Assembly (NCBI GenBank): GCA_052327205.1
Contig: CM126218.1
Span: forward strand, 58,652,001-58,716,000
Length of the DNA stretch: 64,000 nt
Direction of reading: 5' to 3'
Origin: Somniosus microcephalus
Taxonomy: Eukaryota
The notes beneath the pieces were generated by a model. That model was not told the DNA's origin. It saw only the letters and a list, made by a program, of their open reading frames with translations, and searched no databases. A program made the position numbers and the translations under genes. Below, in pieces: positions 1 through 13,597 of the stretch (its first letter is position 1; each line of letters opens with the position of its first letter).

Positions 1-2357
1 CGTATCTGCAAATGGAGGTAGAAGAAGCATCAAAAAAATACCTCACAATCAACACCCATAAAGGTCTCCACCAATACAACCGGCTGGTATTCGGGGTAGC
101 ATCTGCTCCGGCTATTTGGCAGAGGGCAATGGAACAAGTCCAGCAAGGGATCCCAGGGACCCAGTGTTATTTGGACGACATCCTGGTCACGGGCGAAAAT
201 GACAGTGATCACCTTGCCAACCTGGAGCAAGTGCTCACTAGATTGCAGGAATATGGGCTCCGAGCTAACCGCCCCAAATGCGAGTTTTTTAGAAAACAGA
301 TCTCGTATTGTGGCCACGTTATCGATAAAGAGGGGTTACATAAGTCCCCAGAGAAGATTGAGGCAGTAGTCAAGGCTCCAGCACCGGAAAATGTGTCACA
401 ACTGAGGTCGTTCCTCGGGCTGGTAAACTACTACCATAAGTTCTTGCCAAATTTGTCTACAATACTACACTCACTGAACACCCTACTGCAAACTGAGGTG
501 CCATGGAAGTGGAGTGATGAATGTAGACGAGCTTTCCAGAAGAGCAAAACACTAATCACATCGAAAGAGATATTGGCCCATTACAACCCGGCATTACCAA
601 TTCGGTTGGCATGTGATGCGTCACCCTACGGCATTGGAGCGGTGCTGTCGCACAAATTCTCGGACGGCTCAGAGAAGCCAATAGCCTTTGCATCACGATC
701 ACTAACCTCAGCCGAGCGTAACTACGCCCAGATTGACAGGGAGGCCCTCAGCCTAGTGTGGGGAGTGAAAAAGTTCAATCACTATCTGCACGGGCAGAAA
801 TTCACCTTGCTGACTGATCACCAGCCTCTTGTCTCCATTTTTAATCCGAAGAAGGGCGTTCCGGTGATGACTGCGCAACGACTACAAAGATGGTCACTTT
901 TTCTAGGGGCGCACCACTATGAGATTGAATATAAGGGCACGAAACAGCATGGAAATGCTGATGGGCTATCACGCCTGCCACTGCCTACTGCGGAGGAAGC
1001 ACCAGCAGTGGATCCTGTCGAAATATTCCATTCGACTATAGTTGAATACCTACCGGTAACTAACACTTGTATCGAAAAGGAAACCCGAAATGACCCGACA
1101 CTGTCTCGGGTATATGATTTGACGGTGAAGGGATGGCCAGCACATGGCGACTCACTGTTGCCAGCATTCTCGACAAGGAGAGAACAGCGGTCAGTGTGCC
1201 GGGGGACCTTGATGTGTGGATCCCGAGTGGTAATTCCACCCAAGTTAAGGGATAGAGTGCTCAATGAGCTTCATGAGGGTCGTCTGGGAGGGGTAAAAAT
1301 GAAAAGCCTAGCCAGGGCTTGCCAGAACAGATTTGCTCCGACAACGGACCACAGTTTGTGTCCGAAGAGTTCCGGAGGTTCTTGAAAAAGAATGGGGTCA
1401 GGCATTACACATCCGCCCCGTATCATCCAGCCACAAATGGATTGGCTGAGAGGTTCGTACAAACCTTTAAGAAGGCAATAAAGGCTATGTACAATGACAA
1501 CATTCCGCTGCAGCACAAGGTGGACAATTTCCTGTTCACCTACCGGAATGCGACACATGCAGTCACCAACCAGGCCCCAGCCATGATGTTCTTTAACCGA
1601 AGGTTAAGATCTCGCCTGGATTTGCTCAGACCAAACGTATGAAGAGATGTTGAGAGTAAGCAATTCCAGCACATCCATGAGAAGCCAACAAGGAGCTTCA
1701 ATGTAGGGCAACCAGTCTTGGCCCGCGACTACTGAACAGAAAAATGGCAGCCAGGAACGATATGCACACGGCAGGGCCCACTAATGTAAACAGTGGACGT
1801 TGGGGAGAGCATCGTGAGACGCCATGCTGACCAGATCCTAGAGTCACAGGAACAAGTCAACCCCATGCCTCGCCCATACGTACCTGGTGATGAACCCGAT
1901 GTACAGGTCGCATCTACCCCAGAAACAGTAGCATCGGAAGCTGATGAACCAACCGACAACAGGGGGCCAGAATCGCCTCCGCACCAAGAGCAAGACACTC
2001 GGGAAAGGCGCTATCCAGAAAGGATCAGGAAGCCTCCCCAAAGACTGAATATATAAATAGACTATTTTCAGCTAATGTTGCATGTTAAAAGTGTTAATTG
2101 TAATTAGTTTGATATTTAATTGTTAAATGAGTGTTATGGTACTGTTAATCTAAAAGGGGAGGAATTGTAATGTATATACCTTTAAGGGGGGAACTATCTT
2201 TTACAGCTCATGTATACTGCAGTACCGGCAGTGACCACACCTGTATATAGCACTGAGTAGTAATCTGTACAGATCAGTTCCCGTGTGAGCCACGTTGAGT
2301 AAACACTTGTTGTACCGTTCTCCTGCAGTCTGTGTCTTATTATACACAGACACAACA
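1..2357 (+). mobile_element. Ty3/Gypsy LTR retrotransposon (family A, Mag/SURL-like), 3' part, defective
   Basis: ORF 12-1385 has RT (YLDD) and RNase H (DAS, ERNYAQIDRE, TDH). Integrase fragment 1319-1642 (SDNG, NGLAER). Polypurine tract 2152-2164, then 3' LTR 2166-2357 (TGT...ACA). Confidence 0.93.
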
Positions 2358-2531
2358 CTGACTCTATCAAGAAACATGGTAAAAATATCAGGAACTAGGC
2401 GGATTGAACAGTTTGCTGAATTTTGTAAAAATAGGTCATTCCAATTAAACCAAATCTGAATCAGGTATTGCACTGAACTGAATGGCTTAGAAAAAGCAAC
2501 TTAAGCTGTATTGAGGTAAATGATATCAAAC

Positions 2532-2785
2532 TAGGGTGACCATATGTGCCCATTTTCCGGGGTCAGTCCCCGGATGAGATACTGTATCCCCGGGTAAACT
2601 ACATCCCAGAAGAGTCCCTGGATCACGAAGCTCATCCCTGAATAGACTAGAGCCATATTCATTGGAATATATGTATATCATACCGTTAGACATAACCACA
2701 GTTTCAGGCCAATGGACCGAACAGTGTTATTGTATTATTTATAAACGGTGTCTGAATGCGCGTCAATAGTGTGACATCACTCCGC

Positions 2786-2818
<33 letters not shown>

Positions 2819-3244
2819 CTGTATATGTGCAACTGTTTAAAATGGAGGCTGCCAAAAAATGTCTGCCTCGGTAAACTGCGCAACATGCATTTTCTGAAAT
2901 AACAACAGAAAATGCTGGAAGCACTCAGCAGGCCAGGCAGCATCCGTGGAGAGAGAAACAGAGTTAATGTTTCGGGTCTGTGGCCCTTCATCAGAACTGG
3001 AAAAGGTTAGAGATGTAACAGATATTAAGCAGGTGCAGAGGCAGGGAAAGGAGGAGGGGAGGGGAGGAAGGAACTGAAGGAACATTCTGTGCTCGGGTAG
3101 GAGGCAGGAGAGGTTAAATGTTACAAATGGGGATGGCAGAATCATAAACAGCCTGAAAAATACGTGCATTTTCTGTCCTGGGTACTTTGCTGTGCTCCCA
3201 ACGTGTGCGTCACCGGACTCAGTTTAGAAACTGTGGTCACCCTA
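2532..3244. mobile_element. Non-autonomous hAT-type DNA transposon (MITE)
   Basis: TIRs TAGGGTGACCA / TGGTCACCCTA. 8-bp TSD TATCAAAC at 2524-2531 and 3245-3252. Confidence 0.85.
2897..3164 (-). mobile_element. Penelope-like element terminal fragment nested in the hAT MITE
   Basis: Homologous to the repeats at 23081-23340 and 31430-31724. Degenerate hammerhead core at 2962-2998. Flanking duplication TGCATTTTCTG at 2886-2896 and 3165-3175. Confidence 0.7.
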
Positions 3245-4699
3245 TATCAAACCCTGTGAACATGTGTAAGATGCATGTGCACCGGATACAACATCACATA
3301 TATATATATTTATTTTGTACAACAGGTTCCGATTTTAACTGCTGGCGGGAGCAGACAGCAATCTTGCACGGGAGTGTGAGCTCCGCGGAGGCCCAGCAGG
3401 GGAGGGGAGATCCCTGGTGCAGCAGAGGCCAGGACTTTCTCTCTGGGGCAGGAGTGCTCCTCCGGGCCCCACTAGGGAAAGATTTTCTTAACTTACCAAG
3501 GCAGGCCGCGCTGGCTTCCCAACAGGTTCACCTGGGGGCGTGACTGTGGCAGACATCCCTGCTCAGGAGCCAGCTAACATTCCATTGGGGCCCCGTGTAC
3601 ATCATGGGATCCCGATTTACATTTATTAATCAGGTTCTCGCTGGAGTCCGGCAGAAACCCTCATCGGCCACTAAAACCAGTGGCATTAAAAGCGCAGAAC
3701 AGCGGAAGCGGAGTGAGAAATGGAGCTGCTCCATTTTAACTGCTACCCCGCTCTGTTCCTGTCGATTGGGGAAGAGTGATATTCATCTGTAATGGGTCTA
3801 GATTGGGTCTAGAGATCAGAAGAGCAGATGCTTGGCAAAATTGAACTGAAAAGAGGATATAACACTTAGTACACACATGTTTTAATTACAATATTTTGTT
3901 TAGGGCTTAAAACTTTGCTTGAAAATGGAAAAAATGAAAGCCGACTGTTTAGAGACTGGATGGAAAATCACTGTTAAGTCTGGAAAACGGGAAAGTCAGT
4001 GCTGAGCAGCACTCACGTCAGTCTCTAGATGGCACTGTTTTCCGTGTCTTTTCAGATGCTTCACACAAGACTTTAGAGAGATCCACAACCGATATAAAGA
4101 AATATGGGGAGGGAGGGTCGAGAGGTTAAGGCACGGCACAACTTGCGGTCATACAAACACCAGCATCTCTCTGATATGTTGCCCAAATGGGATTTCTTCA
4201 TATGCGAGTCTAGACAGTGATTGTGGGCAGACTATCTGATCTGTGGATCATCACAACCAAGTCTGATTGTGTCCTGATGTACGGAACACAGCTCATTTAC
4301 AGAAATGATGTAAATGGCTGTTTTCATTGATTCTCTGGGGAATCTCTCAATTTCCCACTGAAGCTACAGTGGGAGACCGGGATAAGCCCCTGTGGGATTT
4401 AAGATCAGAGGTCACTGGATGGTCTGGACTGGGGACCTTGGCTGGTTTTTTTCTCCTCTTTGCTGAAATATGTGGAACTGTTCATTTTTTTTTAAACAAT
4501 GGTGGCATTTTGATAGTTTTTTAAAAAATCGAAACACGTTTGGACTCCAGGACATAATCATTCATCCTTTGATTCAACCTCGCCCGCCCACAGTGCTATC
4601 CCCTCTCCCGAAAAACAATGAATTTGAAATATTCTTTTCTATTTTTATCCAGAACCGTTTGGAAGTTTTGCAAACTGAAAGCAACGGTGTACAAGTTAC

Positions 4700-4868
4700 C
4701 TGGTGTAAGATGGCAGTGGCAGCGTGAGTCTGGTCCACTTGTTGAAAGTGTCCGACACCAGGATCCTCTGTAGATGGTACTTGCTGCATTCCACATTGGT
4801 CGGCAGACAGTCCGTCAGCACCGGCTGCCAGGTCAGTCCGAGGTCCACTGAGTACTGGAGCTCCACAG
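4700..4868 (-). CDS. RELN: Reelin coding exon (169 bp); the gene continues beyond the left window edge
   Basis: [59 protein letters not shown] bounded. Confidence 0.96.
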
Positions 4869-5807
4869 CTGAATGAATGGAAGAGACCCAAGTATTCATA
4901 TCCAACACCTTACCACAGAACCTTCTGTCCTGTGTAAACCCTCTGACTGGGCTTAGGTCAGGGTGTAGCTCGCTATTTCAAGTTTGTACATACACGCGCT
5001 GATCCTTTTGAGCTTCTACCTGGCCATTGTCCTCCTCCACCCGCAACTCCCCAAGCCTCGTGTCCCCTTGGACTTGAAGATAGACACCAGTCTTGTAGAC
5101 ATCACCATAGTATTGCTTACCCTATCTACTGAAAGAATGCATTAACAAAAATGGCGTCCACCTGACTGATCTCTCCATCACAGCTGGAATTAAATCACGA
5201 AACTGGTATCCAGCTCTTTACGTTGCATCTACCTTCCTACGCCCATGTTACGATCAGCAGAATGTGACCTGTGGGTGGGAGTGTGAAATTAGCTGTGGAA
5301 CTTCTGTCGATTAGTTTTGTGTTGCCAAAAGATTTGCTAATGAGTCTACACTATAATTAGAATTTAAAGATTAGCAAAGGGTTTCCAGGATCTGATGGCA
5401 CTGTTTGAAGTGAAGCTACCACTTTTTGTTGACAGATTTGATGACTTGTTTTCTAGTTGGGGCTGATATTGGAGTCCCAGCACAGTGGGGCCGGGAGTCC
5501 CGGGACCTCAGTGAATCGCATGCCGGTCATGCCCGATAATGTAAAGAAAAGAGCACCCAGCCTGGTAAAGCAACATTTTTACTGCTGGACTCCTTTGAAA
5601 TGCACTTTTCAAACAGGCGCTGACGTTGCTCAGACATTCTATCTGCTTTATGGGGAGGACCTTTAATTTGAATGAAATTCAGGACCAGAATGAGTCTAAT
5701 GCATTGTAGATACACAGGCGCTGAGCACCATAGGCACACCAGGGGTGGGGGTGGGGGGGGGGCATATTATAGCAGACTATGTACACAGGGTCCTGAGCAG
5801 GCCTCAG

Positions 5808-6700
5808 GCTTTTTTTTATTCGTTCCCGGGATGTGGGCGTCGCTGGCAAGGCCAGCATTTATTGCCCATCCCTAATTGCCCTTGAGAAGGTGGTGGTGAG
5901 CCACCTTCTTGAACCGCTGCAGTCCATGAGGTGAAGGTACTCACACAGTGCTGTTAGGGAGGGAGTTCCAGGATTTTCAACCAGCGACAACGAAGGAACG
6001 GTGATATATTTCCAAGTCAGGATGGTGCGTGACTTGGAGGGGAACTTGGAGGTGGTGGTGTTCCCATGCGCCTGATGCCCTTGTCCTTCTAGGTGGTTGA
6101 GATCGCGGGTTTGGGAGGTGCTGTCGAACAAGCCTTGGTGAGTTGCTGCAGTGCATTTTGTAGATGGTACACACTACAGCCACGGTGCACCGGTGGTGGA
6201 GGGAGTGAATGTTTAAGGTGTTGGATGGGGTGCCAAGTAAGCGGGCTGCTTTGTCCTGGATGGTGCCGAGCATCTTGAGTGTTGGAACTACACTCATCCA
6301 GGCATTAATTGGACCAGGCAGCGGGCAGTTGAGGGGGTCGTTCGGCCCGACTGCCTGCCTCTCTTCCGCGGCCACGTTCGCACCCGGGTGGCCCTGGAGA
6401 TGGAGCACGTGGTGTCTGCCGGCACGCTCGAGGCCTTCCGCAACCGGTGGGCGCCGCGGGGACTGGAGTGCATCATTACCCCCGGGAACCAAATTTTAAT
6501 TTAATTTATTAAGTTTCCTTTAGTGTTTTAAGTTACAGTTTATTTGTTTTTGTGTGCAACAAAAGAGTACACTCATACAGGCAAGTGGAGAGTATTCCAT
6601 CACACTCCTGACTTGTGCCTTGTAGATGGTGGAAAGGCTTTGGTGAGTCACTCGCCGCAGAATACCTAGCCTCTGACCTGCTCTTGCAGCCACAGTAATG
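5808..6700 (-). mobile_element. 3' fragment of a CR1/L2-group LINE, interrupted by a Tx1 fragment
   Basis: Minus-strand translation AGQRLGILRRV...TIYKAQVRSVMEYSPL...IQDKAARLL...HSLHHR matches a LINE ORF2 C-terminus. Related copies at 50055-50770 and 51797-52045. Confidence 0.8.
6305..6567 (+). mobile_element. 5'-truncated Tx1/L1-clade LINE 3' end
   Basis: Encodes INWTRQRAVEGVVRPDCLPLFRGHVRTRVALEMEH...AFRNRWAP, resembling a Tx1 ORF2 C-terminus. T-rich 3' UTR. 16-bp TSD TACACTCAT(C/A)CAGGCA at 6289-6304 and 6568-6583. Confidence 0.7.
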
Positions 6701-6926
6701 CAGGACCTCATAATGCAGGAACAGGCCACTGCTGCATATCAACACTACTGGTATCGGGCATTGCATTATCAACCCTATTGAGTATGCTACAAAATCTTAT
6801 TGAATAAGCAGCGATTAAAGTCTCACTTAGTGGAGATTTGGGAACAGCGGGATACTCTGGAGTTTTACTTGATTACCTTTGGAGATCAGGGAATCGTTCT
6901 ACGGAACTTTTCCCGAGAAGATTAAA

Positions 6927-7099
6927 GGGCTGATTCTACACCCCAGCAGGGAGTGGCACTCGCAGGGGATGCACTGTGTGAATTTGTAGGAGTACAACTC
7001 ATGATTTTCTGCCCACTGAAGTCAATGAATGGAAAACCACTGGCTGCAAATCGTTCCCTCTAAGTACAGCTCCCTGCTAGGGGAGTATCGAATCAGGTC
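6927..7099. repeat. Short degenerate palindromic MITE
   Basis: GGGCTGATTC...CCCCAGCAGGGAG at the left end is complementary to CTCCCTGCTAGGGG...GAATCAGGTC at the right end. Confidence 0.45.
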
Positions 7100-8186
7100 T
7101 TACATTATGGGATAGATTTTACAATAGCATAGATTGTACACGGCCTGCCGACAGAGTGGTCTCAGGAAGCTGGGTTTCACTACTGATTAACCTAATAAAC
7201 TAGCTGATAAAATAATCAATGGCTAATTATATAGTAACTCCATAAGAAGGGGAACAGTGAAACCTGTCCATAGCAACCGTCATAGAGACAAATCTAACAT
7301 ATGCGTCAATGTGTTAATGAATTTGTTTTAACCCACGCACAAAGCAAATATTGAGCAGGGTCTATTAATACAGGTTAAAGTTTGATTTACTCTTCTAGGG
7401 CTGACATTTGTCTCACCGACCTGCTGATCCTTAAGATATCACGGTTGAATGTATATTGCATGTACGTCATAGGAATAATTCTACGATCCCATGCTCACAA
7501 AACGAGCCATACTCAGAGCATAGGATGTAGATAGGGCTACACTTTTATAGCCTTGATTCGGCGACCCGTGACCCGTTTGTGAGTGTGCAACCCTAATGGG
7601 TGGACGGGATTGTGAAATTACCCCTTATATTTAAACTGTTATGACTGTATTGTAGATACTGAGGCGCTGAAATTCCTGGACCGCAGAAGGGTGCAAAGGA
7701 AGATTTCTGCTTAGGGACACAGGAATTTGGGGCAGACCCTGATGACACCAGGATCACAACCGGTTTTCACTGGTTCTTTAAATTCTGGTGGCAGAGAGTT
7801 GTGGATCCTCCGCCCACTCTCCCCATCCCCCTGACATCAAGAAGCATGTCTGCAGGAGTTCCTGGGCTACCCTGGGAAATTATGGCCATTCTGCGCTTAT
7901 AAGGTCTCAAAGGAACTCGCGCCACCCAAGGCAGCGTCCAATCCTTTTCTAGGGAAAGTTAACCAATCCTGTTCAGGACAGGCAGCTTCGAAGTGTCCTT
8001 GCTGGCATGATGTGCCTGCTCCAGCTATTCAAATGATCCCGTTCCTGAAATGTGAGATGGAGTTGGCGTCTTCAGGCATGGGTGGATGGGGGTGCCCACT
8101 CCACCCCAATAACGCCAGCTGAGCAGAACCCTGAGAATTTCAGGGCTTGATTCTTTTGAAAGATTGCTCATCAAAGAGACATTTAC

Positions 8187-8436
8187 CGTAACAAGAGTCT
8201 GTGACAGAGCAGGAGGCAGCAAAATCAAACTGCAAGAAAGAATCCTCGTTCACCACCACGTCAGTAGAGATAACGTAACGGGTGTAAGCCTTCTCAATGA
8301 ACACCAAAGCATCCCCATTCGAGCCGCAGACAGGCATCTTCGTGCCTCCCGGGTGCAGCAGCCACTTCCTGTTATCCAATGTGCTGAAGTTATCTTCAAT
8401 CACTGTGTTACCAGTAATGCTTCCCCCAATCACAAT
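8187..8436 (-). CDS. RELN: Reelin coding exon (250 bp), repeat 6A
   Basis: [17 protein letters not shown]...[23 protein letters not shown]...[15 protein letters not shown] bounded. Confidence 0.96.
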
Positions 8437-9132
8437 CTGTTTTATTCAGAGAGAGGGAATAGTAAGGGGGTAAAAAATTACACACAAAGGAGTCAGATCA
8501 TAGAGACTAATACAATGAACCAAAAATATTCAGGTTAACTTCCTGGAGACTGGGCACTAGGGCTTTATTTCCAAACTACCAGCCAGTTTTGAATGGTGGT
8601 AATATGAGAATGGATAGATAGTTGGAGCGTTGCTCATTATCTTTGGGGATCAAGGAAAAATTATGCAGAACATTCCCTCAGAGGTTAATGGGAAGGGATA
8701 TTGCCCCTGATATAGTAGATTGTTCAAGGATCAAATAGCATTTCCTCATTCCCAATCTGCCCACGTACTCTCCTTTGCTGATGACGTGAATCATGCTGTG
8801 GTACAGTCCACAGGTGCTGATGGCCCCGTGGGGCTTTGCCCAAATGACCATTCTTCATCAGTGGGTCTAAACAGTGAGCATCTACAAGCAGCCGAGTGTG
8901 GGACCTGGTCTTGTCCTCATCCCCCTATTGACATGAGCCCTTTCCATCAGCAGTCACTAAATAGCCATCAAGAGCAGGAATTCTGGCCGATATTTATCCT
9001 CCTTAACCGTACGGACACCGAGCTACTTCCTAATTCCTCACAATGTTTAGCCCTGGCTAAAGGCTAAAACCCTTGGCCACAGCTGTTTATCACTACTCTC
9101 TACTGCACTGACTTTAATATGAAAGCTCTCAC

Positions 9133-9391
9133 CTCGTCGATGGCCCAGGGGCTGTAAAAATGCCCATTTTCAGACGGCTGCCACCAACGCAGACGGGTGG
9201 AAGCGGACCGAGCCTTCAGTGGGATCTCGAGTGCAACGTAGCGGCCCACGTTACTCGAGTTGCTGAAGAGGAATTCCTGGAGAATGCCCCAGCTAAGGCC
9301 TCCATTCAGGGAGTACTGTAAAAGCATAGGCTGGCTCCGGGGGTCCGGGGATGCTTTCCCACAACCCAGTCTTAGGAAGAACTGGACAAAT
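9133..9391 (-). CDS. RELN: Reelin coding exon (259 bp), repeat 5B
   Basis: [12 protein letters not shown]...[11 protein letters not shown]...[23 protein letters not shown] acceptor, GTGAG donor. Confidence 0.96.
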
Positions 9392-9455
9392 CTAAATGCA
9401 GAAATAATAGAAAACAAAAGACAAAATTAATTTTTAAAAAATCAGCTGACATTTC

Positions 9456-9856
9456 ACAGAATCATAGAATAGTACAGCACAGAAGGTGGCCATTCGGCCC
9501 ATCGACTCTGTTCCCCCTCAGGTGCGCGGCCACGCATCAATCGCAAGGTCCCGCGCAGGCTGCTCACCAGCTGCTGCCGCTGGAACAGATACCACACATG
9601 CGCAGCAAATTTAAAGGGGCCCGCGCAGGAGAAAATAAATTAGAGGGAACATTGGTCTGCACCCACTCTTTTGCAGAGCAGTCCAGTCAGTCCCACTCCC
9701 CCGCTCTTTCTCCACATCCGTGCAATTTTTTCTCCTTCAAGTATTTATCCAATTCCCTTTTGAAAGCTACTATTCATTCTGTTTCCACCACCCTGTCAGG
9801 CAGTGCATTCCAAATTCTAACCACTCGTTGCGTAAAAAGGTTTTTCCTCATGTCAT
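9456..9856 (-). mobile_element. CR1-type 3' tail fragment with a nested short MITE (about 9509-9655)
   Basis: (ACAGAATC)ATAGAA tail and CATTCGGCCCATCGA motif. Inner element has TGTTCCC...GGGAACATTG ends, with an inverted second copy at about 59143-59296. Confidence 0.6.
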
Positions 9857-10167
9857 CTTCATTAGACCACTGTTAAAATCTCCTTCCTTCAGGATCTCTG
9901 CAGACTGCCATGTAAAGAAATGGTTCATGTAGCGACCACTCCAGATATATGTTTAGAACACCAACTTGTCCACTTAGCATAGTGAGCCTGGTCATTTATT
10001 GCTGTTTCCAGCCCATAAAAATACCCAAATGCAGGTAAGCATTAGCAAAGACACTGGAACTGTAGGCTGCAATTTAAAACCAGGGCTTTTCTGCGGAGTG
10101 GGGGAAAGTGGTTTCCAACATGTTGGACATTGTGAACAGGGTGTGGTTTTGTATGGCAACTCACATC

Positions 10168-11540
10168 AGTAGTTGGGAAAATGCTGGAATCTGTTATAAA
10201 GGATGCAATAACTGGGCACTTAGAAACTAATAGTAAGATTGGGCAGAGTCAACATAGATTTATGAAAGGGAAATCCTGTTTAACAAACCTATTGGAGTTC
10301 TTTGACGATGTAACTAGTGGAGTAGACAAAGGGGAACTGGTAGATGTGGTGTATTTGGATTTTCAGAAGGCCTTCGATAAGGTCCCACACAAGAGGTTGG
10401 TGAACAAAATTAGGGCACATGGAATTGGGGGTAATATACTAGCATGGATTGAGAATTGGTTAACAGACAGAAAACAAAGAGTAGGGTTAAACGGGTCTTT
10501 TTCAGGATGGCAGGCTGTGACTAGTGGGGTACTGCAAGGATCGGTGCTTGAGCCCCAGCTATTCACAATCTATATCAATGATTTGGATGAGGGGACTAAA
10601 TGTAACATTTCCAAATTTGCTGATGATACAAAGCTAGGTGGCAGTGTCAGTTGTGAAGAGGATGTGAAGAGGCTTCAAGGGGATCTCGACAGGCTCAGTG
10701 AGTGGGCGGGAACATGGCAGATGGAATATAATGTGGATAAATGTGAAATTATCCACTTTGGTAGAAAAAACAGAAAGGCAGAGTATTTCCTAAATGGCGA
10801 AAGATTGGGGAATGCAGATGCTCAAAGGGACCTGGGTGTCCTTGTACATGAGTCACTGAAACTGAATATGCAGGTGCAGCAAGCCATTAGGAAAGCAAAT
10901 GGTATGCTGGCCTTCATTACAAGAGGATTTGAGTACAGGAGTAAAGAAGTCTTACTCCAATTATATAGGGCCTTGGTGAGACCACACCTGGAGTACTGTG
11001 TACAATTTTGGTCTCCTTACCTAAGGAAGGATATACTTGCCATAGAGGGAGTGCAACGAAGGTTCACGAGATTGATTCCTGGGATGGCGGGACTGTCGTA
11101 TGAGAAGAGATTGAGTAAGCTAGGCCTGTATTCTCGTGAATCCAGAAGAATGAGAGGGGATCTCATTGAAGCATACAAAATTATTACTGGGCTTGATAGG
11201 GTGGATGCTGGGAGAATGTTTCCCTTGGCTGGGGAGTCTAGAACCAGGGGCCTCAGCCTCAGGGTAAAGGGTAGGCCATTCAGGACTGAGATGAGAAGAA
11301 ATTTCTTCACAGAGGGTGGTGAATCTTGGAATTCTCTACCCCAGAGGGCTGTGGAGGCTCAGTCATTGGGTATATTCAAAACAGAAGTTGATAGATTTCT
11401 GACTAGTAAGGGCATCAAGGGATATGGCGATAGGGCCGGTGAATGGAGTTGAGGCAGAAGATCAGCCATGATCTCATTGAATGGCGGAGCAGGCTCGAAG
11501 GGCCAAATGGCCTACTCCTGCTCCTATTTCTTATGTTCTT
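10168..11540 (+). mobile_element. 5'-truncated CR1 LINE (RT and 3' UTR)
   Basis: Open 423-aa ORF with YLDFQKAFD, SGVxQGSVL, FADD and RPHLEYCVQFW. CR1 3' UTR ending TTCTTATGTTCTT. Confidence 0.93.
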
Positions 11541-13064
11541 AACTATATATAACTTTAATATTACTAGCTAACACGTGACATTGCTCACTTGTACCGAGAT
11601 TTTTGGCTGTTAAGATCACGGGTGTGTTGAACTTGGCCTGTCCCGTCAAGGCCTTTGCTCAGGCACTTCCTTGGGGAAGTGGTCTAAGTAGTGATAACCC
11701 AGGGTCAACTGAAAGCTAATAGATTGGCAACTGTTTATAAATAACTGACTCCTGTTCTTGGGACAAACTTGGTTTTCAAGGTCAGAAAACCAGCAGAAAA
11801 TGGCTGTTTCTTTCTTTTCTTTTAATACTTCTGACAGTTTTAAATGTGGTGCCTGAACTGTGATGTCTGAAGTGTGATTGACATATAATAATGCAACACT
11901 TTTTATATATTACAGATGCTTTGAAAGAGATTCTACACGCTCAGTAGAGAAAATGGAGCTGCCACTTTAATATTGAGCGTTTGAAGATTCCGCTGTTTTA
12001 TCCGAGAATTGTCTACGGCTGCTCCTGTGTACTTTGTGATATTGAAGTAAATTCCTTTAGTCACTGGCAGTTCTGACTTTACAAAAGCTCCTCCACTTTT
12101 GTAATGAGAACTCATTAAGAGCACGTCCATAATCCCACAGGTCCGAATTATAGTAGGACTGACGGTGCAATGCTGTGAAAAGCAGCGGGTGGTACATGTG
12201 TACTCAGCATCAGTCTCTAATATTTGTATGTACCAACCTACGGGTCTCAAATCTGCAGTCTCCACAGCACCTCAGGGAGGGGATATTGGGCTCTTAACTG
12301 ACAAGAGATTAAAGAATGCTCTGACACACAGTGAGATGAAAATGCTCGTTTCTTAGGAATTATATGGAAAAAAAGATGCATGGGATTTCTCTTATCTTCT
12401 CAACATGACAACCCAACATGGTTACCTGCTCTCAGTGATTTGTGCGAAATAATTCATCACGGTACAGTTCCTGCATATATGAAATGAGTATCTTGAGAAG
12501 TGGTGGGAGAGGGATGTTTTTTTTTAACATTTGGTGATGAATTCCAAAGCTCATGGTGGAACGGAAAAAACCCCCCTATTATTTCTGCTCCTGATGTGAT
12601 GAAAGAGGAGAACGACAAACATTTCAAAATCTGCGCTCGAGGTCGAGGGGGAAAGATAAAGGAAGGAAAGAGAAATGGAGACATTGATAAGTTAAGTTTA
12701 AGGATCATCGTCTGAAGGGGACCCGAAGCTAAAGCTGACTTGGGAAGTAATTATTCCACATTTAGAAAATAGGCTGTCACTTGGTGCAATGAATGCAGCT
12801 TCAATGGAAACATTAATGGACGCATTAGTACGAGGATACAGCAGTCCATATCAAGACAGGTGGGAGACACAAATTATTTAGTTTGACCTGTACAGAGACC
12901 TAAAGAATAGGGAGAGCCTGATTGCCTGAATGGACTTGCACCTTATTTCAATTGAAATTATTTTTGAATAGAGCACTTTACAGGAGGTCTCTTTACAAAA
13001 GGCTTAAAGTAACTGATGCACAAGTAAGGAAGAAAAGCCCAGTGACTGAATGTGTTCCAAATAC

Positions 13065-13212
13065 CTTGCATGGGACAAATCCATATCTACAGTCATCAGC
13101 ATGCGCAGCCCCTCTTCACTGAAGAAGAGGCTGTTTCCGCTGGACATTAAGCCGCATTTCCTGGATGGTTTTCCACCACTGACCACCAAAAATTTCTCTG
13201 GTTCTATTGGGC
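13065..13212 (-). CDS. RELN: Reelin coding exon (148 bp)
   Basis: [52 protein letters not shown] bounded. Confidence 0.95.
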
Positions 13213-13597
13213 CTGAAAATCAAATAAGTCAAGATTAGCATGCAAAACTAGGTAAACACAAACAATGCTTTAATCTGGCTGTACCAGTCGATCTATTTTC
13301 AAGCTAATGTGGATTATAGTTATGAAATATTGTTGCATAGGATATAGAAAATATATTATTTTCATATATTAGAGATTTCTAAACTTTCACCCTTTGGATA
13401 TTCTTTAATAGAAACAATGCTAAATCTAATTTAAAATGGATCACTCCTAACCTGCTCGATCACTCCTCACACTCTACGCCACCAATACTCCTAGGCTGCT
13501 CAATCAGTACTCACACTCTGGGAGACCAATATTTCAAGCCAACCAATAATCATGCTCCAGTAGTTGCTACAGTAATCCCAGACATTTATAATGCCCA

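Noticed and set aside
3325-3790. Possible MITE or regulatory CpG-rich patch
   Set aside because: The ends and TSD could not be established from the sequence.
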